Shown one piece after another: positions 39,206 through 45,939 of a stretch of DNA of 45,939 bases. Source of the stretch: Promethearchaeota archaeon (GTDB lineage: Archaea; Asgardarchaeota; Lokiarchaeia; Sigyniarchaeales; SOKP01); assembly GCA_016839745.1 (NCBI GenBank), contig JAEOTS010000057.1:1-45939 (forward strand). Reading direction: 5' to 3'. Position numbers and translations under genes: made by a program. The notes under the pieces were generated by a model. That model did not search any database, had not been told where the DNA came from, and saw only the letters and a program-made list of their open reading frames with translations. Positions within the stretch are counted from its first letter, which is position 1; each line of letters starts with the position of its first letter.

Positions 39206-40489
39206 TTATGAGTTTATTAATTTTTTTCCATTCATATATTTTTGAAGGACTTCAGGTACTGAAACTGAACCGTCCTTATTTTGGTAATTTTCCAAAATGC
39301 AACAAATCGTCCGTTCTGTAGCAATCGCTGTGCAATTTAGCGAGTGAGCGGTTTCTTTTTTTTGAGTGGAGCCCACTTTGCCTATACGTACCTTTAATTT
39401 TCGTGCTTGATAATCCAAACAATTACTGCACGAAACTAGTTCTCGATAAGTATTCGAAGCGGGAAACCACGCTTCAAGATCGTATTTCATTGCGGCATTA
39501 TCATTTAACTCTCCAGAGGCGATATTTACTATTCGGTAAGGAATTTTTAGTTCACTATAAATTTCTTCTGCATTTGATATTAACTCCTCAAAAATCCTCC
39601 AAGAATTTTCAGGTTTACAAAAAACAAATTGTTCTACCTTTTCAAATTGATGTACTCTAAATATGCCTAATGTATCTTTCCCGTGTGAACCAGCTTCTCT
39701 TCTAAAACATGACGATACTCCTGCGTACTTTAAGGGAAGCAAATCAGGATCTATTATCTCGTCGTAATGATATGCTGCTAAAGTTTGCTCAGATGTAGCG
39801 ATCATGAAAATATCTTCGTCTTGTATTTTATATAATGTTTCTTCGAAATCTGCTAGTTCTGCTGCTGCTTTCATAACTTCACGCTTCATAAAGAACGGCG
39901 TCCACAAAAGGTTATAATTTTTGTTGATTAGCTTGTCCAACGCAAATCTAAGTAGTGCTAAATTAAGTAAAACGATATCTCCCTTTAAATAGTAAAACCT
40001 TGACCCCACTACTTCCGAAGCCTTTTTTGTATCAGCCCCATTAATATCTTGAATTAAATTAACGTGAGATAATGGTTGAAAGTCAAATTCAGGGATTTTA
40101 CCGAATTCCCTTACGATTTCATTATTCTCTTCTGTCTCACCAATAGGAACTGATTCGTGTAAATCATTTCCAATAGAGTATCTATATTTTTCTCGCTTCT
40201 CTATATATTCATCTTTTTTCTTTTCTAAATCGTCAATTTTTTCCTTAATTTGTTTTGATTGTATTATTGCATTATTAGCCTTTTCATCATCGCCTGATTT
40301 CTTGTATTTGTTAATTTGGCTAGACACATCATTTCTTTTCTGTCTTAAGTCTTGAATTTCTTGCAAGACGCTTCTCCATAATTTATCAAATTCTAAAACT
40401 TTTTCAGCGTTCTTTGGATCTTTAAACCTTTTTTTTTCCGTTTCAACGATTTTATCTAGGTTAATTCTGAATTCTTCGATGTCTCGCAA
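39206..40489 (-). CDS. serS: serine--tRNA ligase
   Basis: N-terminal coiled arm, ATSEQ, motif 2 FRREAGSHGKDTLGIFRVHQFEKVE, ELVSCSNC, motif 3 ATERT. Start likely TTG 40489 (MRDIEEFR). Confidence 0.96.
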   Translation of the reverse strand: MRDIEEFRINLDKIVETEKKRFKDPKNAEKVLEFDKLWRSVLQEIQDLRQKRNDVSSQINKYKKSGDDEKANNAIIQSKQIKEKIDDLEKKKDEYIEKREKYRYSIGNDLHESVPIGETEENNEIVREFGKIPEFDFQPLSHVNLIQDINGADTKKASEVVGSRFYYLKGDIVLLNLALLRFALDKLINKNYNLLWTPFFMKREVMKAAAELADFEETLYKIQDEDIFMIATSEQTLAAYHYDEIIDPDLLPLKYAGVSSCFRREAGSHGKDTLGIFRVHQFEKVEQFVFCKPENSWRIFEELISNAEEIYSELKIPYRIVNIASGELNDNAAMKYDLEAWFPASNTYRELVSCSNCLDYQARKLKVRIGKVGSTQKKETAHSLNCTAIATERTICCILENYQNKDGSVSVPEVLQKYMNGKKLINS

Positions 40490-40588
40490 GATTAACTCTC
40501 TATAAAATATAAAATTTCTAATTTCTATTATAAACAATCATTAAATTAATTTATGAAAATAATAAGTATTTGTTAAAAAACAAATGAA

Positions 40589-40774
40589 TTATTCATGGTG
40601 AATTCTTTCAGATATAGTTGACCGTAGATAAGCAACTTTAACTTTATCTTTATTGTATCCTACTTTATCGATAATATTCATGATTTTTATTCGCTTTGCT
40701 TTCCCTTTCAAACCTTCCTCGGTCATAAATTCTCTGGCAAACTCTTCTTTTTTGTTTTCTTCTTGCTCCACCAT
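40589..40774 (-). CDS. small hypothetical protein
   Basis: Charged ~61-aa ORF MVEQEENKK... co-directional with serS. Confidence 0.6.
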   Translation of the reverse strand: MVEQEENKKEEFAREFMTEEGLKGKAKRIKIMNIIDKVGYNKDKVKVAYLRSTISERIHHE

Positions 40775-41013
40775 ACTAAGATATAATGAATTTTCCATAA
40801 AAAAGTTAATGAGATATCTTCGAGAAATTTTACTAACTAATTTTCAATGAAAAATTTGGACTAAATCGGTAACAAAATTTAATGCGATTGAAATTAACCA
40901 GAAAAAATAAATTAATTCCATAATTTCCAAACACAAAAGGGTTTTATTAAAATATTAAACCGAAGTAAAAGCAATTATTTATTATGGTGATGTTTTAACT
41001 AAAGGTGAATTAA

Positions 41014-43014
41014 TTGTCTGAAAAGCAGACCATTGATAAAATAAGAATAGGAGTTTACGTGTGTAGATGAGGAGTTAATATTGGTGCTCACCTTGATTGC
41101 GATGCCGTCAGAGATTTTGTTGAACCGTTACCCAATGTTGTTATAGCAAGAACAAATAATTTTACCTGTAGCGATCCTGGGCAACAAATTATTAAAAACG
41201 ATATCTTAGAATTAAGTTTAAATAGAATCGTTGTTGCAGCTTGCACCCCTAAGATACACGAACCAACTTATCGAGCCGTGTTAGTGGAAGCAGGGTTAAG
41301 CCCATATTATTTCGAAATGGTAAACCTAAGAGAGCATTGCTCTTTTGTTCATCAGGGAGACATGGAAAACGCAACAGAAAAAGCAAAACGTTTAGTTCGT
41401 GCCGGAATAAATCGAGCAAGAGAATTAGAAAGCGTTCCTTACAAGGAAATCCCCGTAGAAAGAGCTGCATTAGTTATTGGTGCGGGGATTGCCGGGATGA
41501 ACGCGGCATTAGACTTAGCAGAGCATGGAATACAAGTGTATTTGGTAGAAAAACAGGCTACAATTGGAGGGAAGATGGCTCAATTAGATCGAATCTATCC
41601 TACCGACGATTGTGGCATATGAGTTCTTGCCCCTATAATGGTAAACGCTTCAAAACATCCTAATATAAAACTATTCACTTATAGCGATATCATCGAGTTT
41701 AGTGGTATTACTGGGAATTATAATGTCAAGATTCGCAAAAATCCGCGATATGTTAACGAGAGTAATTGTACTGGGTGTGGTTTGTGTACTACCAAGTGCC
41801 CTATTAAAGTTCCCAATGAATTTTACAGCGGAATTGGCGAAAGAAGTGCGATTTACATCCCATTTCCCCAAGCAGTTCCAAAATACGCTGTAATGGATAA
41901 AAGCGTTTGTATTGATTGCAAAAATTGAGAACGCATATGTCCCGCAGAAGCTATTGATTTTGAACAAGAACCTGAAATCGTTGAAGTTAAAGTGGGCGCA
42001 GTGATTGTTGCTACGGGTTATGATGAATACCCGATAATTGAAACCAACGAATATAATTACGGGATTTATCCAAATGTTATTACTCAGATTGAATTAGAAA
42101 GCTTATTAAGCCCAATAGGACCAACTGGAGGTCATATATATAGAATTTCTGACGGAAAAACACCAAAAACTGTGATAATGATCCAATGTGTTGGCTCTAG
42201 GTCTTTAAAAGCCAATCCCTATTGTTCCATGGTGTGTTGTAATGTCGCTCTTAAAAATGCTCAATTATTGAAGCAAGAATATCCGGAAATGGATGTAATA
42301 ATATTTTACATTGACATTAGAACAACCGATAAAGGAAACGAGGAATATTATAGAACAATAAGGGAAGCTGATGTTAGAATGATTCGTGGAAAAGTAGGCG
42401 AAATCAACGAAGATAAAGATCATAATTTAATAATTCGAGCATATTCTTCTCTAAGTGGTGAACTACTTAAGATAAAGGCAGACATGGTGGTTTTATCTAC
42501 CGGAATGAATCCTTCAAAAGGGACTATGGAAGCGATCGATGTCTTAGGTTTAAGTAAAGGACCTAACGGCTTTTTAACCGAAATTCATGGTTGTTTGAAA
42601 CCTCAAGAAACTAAAAACATGGGTATTTACATCTGTGGATGCGCTGCAGGACCGAAAAACATTCCTTATTCCGTTTCTACGGCTTTAGCGGCTGCTAGTA
42701 AAGCTGCTGCGTTGCTCTCTCATAAAACCATTATACAAGAATTAATTATCGCTGAAGTAGATGAAACCTTATGCATAGGATGTCATAGATGCGAAAAATT
42801 ATGCGAGTATGGGGCAATAAGCGTTGATGAGAACGAAATCGCGATAGTGGACGAGTTAAAATGCAAAGGATGTGGAGTATGTATTTCTTCATGCCCAGCA
42901 CGAGCAATAGATTTGAAATACTATCGAGATAGTCAATTTGAGGCTGAAATCAAAGGAATCGGGGAAAGTGTAATTGAAACAATACCAAAAAAATCAACTA
43001 AAATCGAGAATTAG
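41014..43014 (+). CDS. hdrA: heterodisulfide reductase subunit A, selenoprotein with 3 Sec (666 aa)
   Basis: One frame from TTG 41014 (SD GGTGA) to TAG 43014 interrupted only by TGA at 41068 (VYVCR-U-GVNI), 41620 (PTDDCGI-U-VLAP) and 41926 (CIDCKN-U-ERICP), all Cys positions in HdrA; FAD motif GAGIAG, QCVGSR, CSMVCC. Confidence 0.95.
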
Positions 43015-43035
43015 AAAAGTAAGAGAAGATAAAAC

Positions 43036-43446
43036 ATGACAGAAAATATAAAAGAGCGAAAAATTATAGCTTTTGGATGTGAAAAATGAGGATATTCTGC
43101 GGCAGATTTAACGGGTACTACGAGAAAATCTTACTCTACTAATTTTCACTTAATAAGGGTAAAATGCACAGGAAGAATAGGTATCCATTTAATAATGGAG
43201 AGTTTTCTAAATGGTGCTGATGGAGTAGCTATTATCTCTTGAAAAGAAGGTGAATGTGAATTTGGAAACGGAAATATGAATACTTTCGAGCATGTTAAGT
43301 TTTTAAAAAGGCTATTCACACACTTAGGTCTTGCAGAAGAGCGAATTCAACAGTATTTCTGCTCAGCTGCTGAAGTTGAAAAATTCATTAAATCAGTAGA
43401 AGATATCACTCATAAAGTAGAACTTCTCCCTCCTCTACCAAAATAA
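43036..43446 (+). CDS. mvhD: MvhD/VhuD hydrogenase delta subunit, selenoprotein with 2 Sec (136 aa)
   Basis: Not in ORF track. KIIAFGCEK-U-GYSAADLTG...IRVKCTGRI...NGADGVAIIS-U-KEGECEFGNGN...ERI...SAAE; TGA at 43087 and 43240. Confidence 0.95.
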
Positions 43447-43454
43447 AAAATTAA

Positions 43455-43524
43455 TCCGAAATAGGATGATCTTTCTAAAAAAATTTAGTTAGAAGGTAAC
43501 TAACTCACAGCATGAGTATTCGGA
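43455..43524 (+). promoter_or_regulatory. candidate SECIS element (K-turn-like) in the 3' UTR of hdrA-mvhD
   Basis: AUGA at 43466, stem CUUUCUAA/UUAGAAGG with A-rich apical loop, outer stem UCCGAA/UUCGGA, side hairpin ACUCA/UGAGU. The 3' core reads UAAC rather than NGAN. Confidence 0.55.
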
Positions 43525-43567
43525 GTTTAAGATATAATATTAAAACAACCATATATTAAAAAAAAAA

Positions 43568-45061
43568 ATGAGTTCCGAGCTTAAAATTTCAAAGGAAGGC
43601 TTAAAAGATATAGCCGTTACTTTAGATTCGTATCGAATCCGCGTATTAGTTGATGCTAAGCAAGAAATATTAGATTCTGGTATCTATAACGAGGAACAAT
43701 ACGATCAAATGTTGTTTAAAATGTTCGATGAAGAACTTTTGAAATATAAACTTCTTAATTATCTGTCTAATCCCGATTCTAACAACTTTAAAACAATTAA
43801 AAAATTTTCAGATTCGAATTCTATTGAAATCAGAAAGACGTTAAGCTTGTTAGAATTATTGAGAAACGAGAACCTTATCGAAGTGAATAAAATCTATGAC
43901 ACTGTTGAAGGAGATGAAAAAACTCCTGAATCAACTTCTTTTAAGGATCTCGTAATCGAAAAGTACAATGTCGATCCATCAAAGGTAAAATCAGTTTATG
44001 AGCCAGTTAAAACTATATTTGAGACTCATAATTGCTCCGGATGTGGATTATGTGTTGGTATTTGTCCTGTAAACTGCTTAGAAGTCTATAACGGTTTTGG
44101 TAAAATTGACGAGGACAAGTGTATTAAGTGTGGTCTTTGCTATTTTGTATGTCCTCGCAGTTATCTACCTGTTAGTGTCTTAAACATGACTCAGGATAAA
44201 TCTTCAGAAATTAAAAATTATTCTCAAGTGGGCCATTACTTAGAAGCATATTCTGCACGAACCAAATTAAATGATATTGCTAAGGTTTGTCAAGATGGAG
44301 GAATCACAAGCACCTGTTTGCATTATCTTTTTGACTCTAAAATGATTGATTTAGCAATAGGAGCTAAAATGAGCAATACTCCGTGGAGACCGGAACCAAT
44401 AATACTTCAGAGTAAAGAAGATATTCTCTTAACTGCAGGCACCAAATATGTAAACAACCCTAATTTAAAAGTATTAAGGGAATTTAATAATAACCAATCA
44501 ATTTTAGCTGTTGTTGGAGTTCCTTGCATGATGCAAGCATTACTCAAATCAGCAGTTTATAACATTGGTATTCCCTCGTTAAACCAAATCAAATATCGTA
44601 TTGGTATCTTCTGTATGGAGTCCTTCTCCTACGAATCTCTCCTTAAAATTTGCGAGATACTAAAAGTAAATGTAAACGATGTGAAAAAGACTGATATTAA
44701 TAAAGGAAAGTTTTTCGTGTATACTAATTCTGGCGAAGAATTAACGGTTCCAATTAAAGAGATTGGAAATTTAGCTCGAGAAGATTGTGAGGTTTGTTTT
44801 GATCTTACTTCCGAATCTGCTGATATTTCAATTGGTTCTATAGGATCTCCCTCAGGGTGGAATACCGTTCTTATAAGAACAGAAACCGGAAAGGAACTCT
44901 ATAGCAAACTAATCAAAAACGATTTAATTGAATCAAAAGCGCTAGCAGATGTTAAGCCAGGATTACCACTCCTCGAACGGATCGCAACATCAAAAAGAAA
45001 TAAATGTACTAAGCATATTGACAAAAAAAAAGATGAGAATGTAAGGTTCCCTCGATATTAG
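43568..45061 (+). CDS. coenzyme F420 hydrogenase/dehydrogenase beta subunit (FrhB-like) with N-terminal extension and 2x[4Fe-4S] domain
   Basis: CSGCGLCVGICP, CIKCGLCYFVCP, QDGGITS, AGTKY, VGVPC, IGIFCMESF, ADISIGSIGSPSGWNTVLIRT. Confidence 0.9.
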   Translation: MSSELKISKEGLKDIAVTLDSYRIRVLVDAKQEILDSGIYNEEQYDQMLFKMFDEELLKYKLLNYLSNPDSNNFKTIKKFSDSNSIEIRKTLSLLELLRNENLIEVNKIYDTVEGDEKTPESTSFKDLVIEKYNVDPSKVKSVYEPVKTIFETHNCSGCGLCVGICPVNCLEVYNGFGKIDEDKCIKCGLCYFVCPRSYLPVSVLNMTQDKSSEIKNYSQVGHYLEAYSARTKLNDIAKVCQDGGITSTCLHYLFDSKMIDLAIGAKMSNTPWRPEPIILQSKEDILLTAGTKYVNNPNLKVLREFNNNQSILAVVGVPCMMQALLKSAVYNIGIPSLNQIKYRIGIFCMESFSYESLLKICEILKVNVNDVKKTDINKGKFFVYTNSGEELTVPIKEIGNLAREDCEVCFDLTSESADISIGSIGSPSGWNTVLIRTETGKELYSKLIKNDLIESKALADVKPGLPLLERIATSKRNKCTKHIDKKKDENVRFPRY

Positions 45062-45176
45062 ATAATAGTTTTTCCCGTATTTTTTCTCGCATATACCTTC
45101 TTTCTTTCTAAACCATAAAATTAATATTAAATTTTATATTTAGAATTATAACTTTAAGTAATAATTTATCATTAAA

Positions 45177-45656
45177 ATGAGTTTAACTACAAGACCAAGT
45201 AACTTTAGAGAAAAAGTTTTCTTTAGAAAACTCAGATCGCAAGTGGATGGGAATGCTAAAGTAGAATACGGACTAACTCAAATAAGAGGAATTGGAAGAA
45301 GATTCGCTCAAGCAATAATCATGATCGCGGAAATCAATCCTGACATGAGAATTGGAGCAATTCCTGAGAAAGACTTGAATAGAATTGAAGAGATCATTTT
45401 AGATCCAGTAACAAGTGGAGTACCCGCTTGGATGGTTAACCGTAAGAATGACTTGGTAACTGGAGAGAACTTGCATATCATTGGAAACAAGCTCGAATTA
45501 TCGGTAAAACGAGACATCGATAGAATGAAACGTATCAGAAGTTATAAAGGCGTCAGACATCACCAAGGATTAAAAGTAAGAGGCCAAAGAACCAAAAGCA
45601 CTGGAAGACACGGATTAGTCGTTGGTGTTATTAGAAAAAAGAAGGGTCAACAGTAA
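45177..45656 (+). CDS. rps13: 30S ribosomal protein uS13
   Basis: GLTQIRGIGRRFA, PAWMVNR, SYKGVRHHQGLKVRGQRTKSTGR. Confidence 0.97.
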   Translation: MSLTTRPSNFREKVFFRKLRSQVDGNAKVEYGLTQIRGIGRRFAQAIIMIAEINPDMRIGAIPEKDLNRIEEIILDPVTSGVPAWMVNRKNDLVTGENLHIIGNKLELSVKRDIDRMKRIRSYKGVRHHQGLKVRGQRTKSTGRHGLVVGVIRKKKGQQ

Positions 45657-45667
45657 GGTGATGAAAA

Positions 45668-45939
45668 ATCGGAGATCCTAGAAGATTAAAGAAAAAATTT
45701 AAAAAACCAAAACACCCATTCCAAACAGAAAGGTTAGTTGAAGAACTCGAATTCCTAGGAAGATACGGTCTTAGAAACAAACGAGAATTCTGGAAAATGC
45801 GAACCATGTTAGGAAATTGGCGAGATATAGCACGAAAATCAAGATCATTACCTCAAGAACGAGCTACAGAAGTCCAACAAACTTTAATCAAAAAATTAGT
45901 CAAACTCGGCGTATTAGGTCCAGATGCAGGATTCGAGGA
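45668..45939 (+). CDS. rps4: 30S ribosomal protein uS4 (3' truncated); apparent ATC start
   Basis: Not in ORF track. ATC GGA GAT CCT... gives (M)GDPRRLKKKFKKPKHPF...YGLRNKREFWK, the conserved uS4 N-terminus, directly after rps13. Confidence 0.95.
   Translation, partial: MGDPRRLKKKFKKPKHPFQTERLVEELEFLGRYGLRNKREFWKMRTMLGNWRDIARKSRSLPQERATEVQQTLIKKLVKLGVLGPDAGFE

Noticed and set aside
40984-41012. GUGAUG...UGA K-turn-like motif overlapping the hdrA SD
   Set aside because: Flanking stems pair poorly; explained by SD-like GGTGA words.
41249-43014. Three separate hdrA fragments / pseudogene interpretation
   Set aside because: All breaks are in-frame TGA at Cys positions with no frameshift; better explained by selenocysteine.
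1-45939. Mobile elements, CRISPR arrays, DGR template/variable repeats
   Set aside because: No transposase, integrase, reverse transcriptase or spaced repeat array seen; the paralog differences are not adenine-specific.

Overview
AT-rich, gene-dense chromosomal window from an archaeon. The gene set (Rag- and Rab-like small GTPases, HEAT/LRR protein, tailed histone, Bud23-like methyltransferase, eS25, giant single-pass surface protein, Sec-type HdrA/MvhD) points to an Asgard archaeon of the Lokiarchaeia type; this is inference from gene content. No mobile elements, CRISPR arrays or rRNA were seen. Main items the ORF track misses or mis-splits: (1) a 666-aa HdrA (41014-43014) with three in-frame UGA at conserved Cys positions and an unlisted MvhD (43036-43446) with two more, followed by one SECIS/K-turn-like structure and an FrhB-like gene; (2) four genes (Rag-like GTPase, HIT, Rab-like GTPase, uS4) whose conserved N-termini appear to start at ATT/ATC behind strong Shine-Dalgarno motifs; (3) an intron-containing tRNA-Ser(CGA). 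The best candidate for an undescribed system is a 1439-aa receptor-like surface protein with a cytoplasmic tail, flanked by two ~79% identical 367-aa longin/uDENN-like plus tandem winged-helix proteins, 2 kb from a Rag-like GTPase. All family assignments come from reading motifs by eye, not from database searches.
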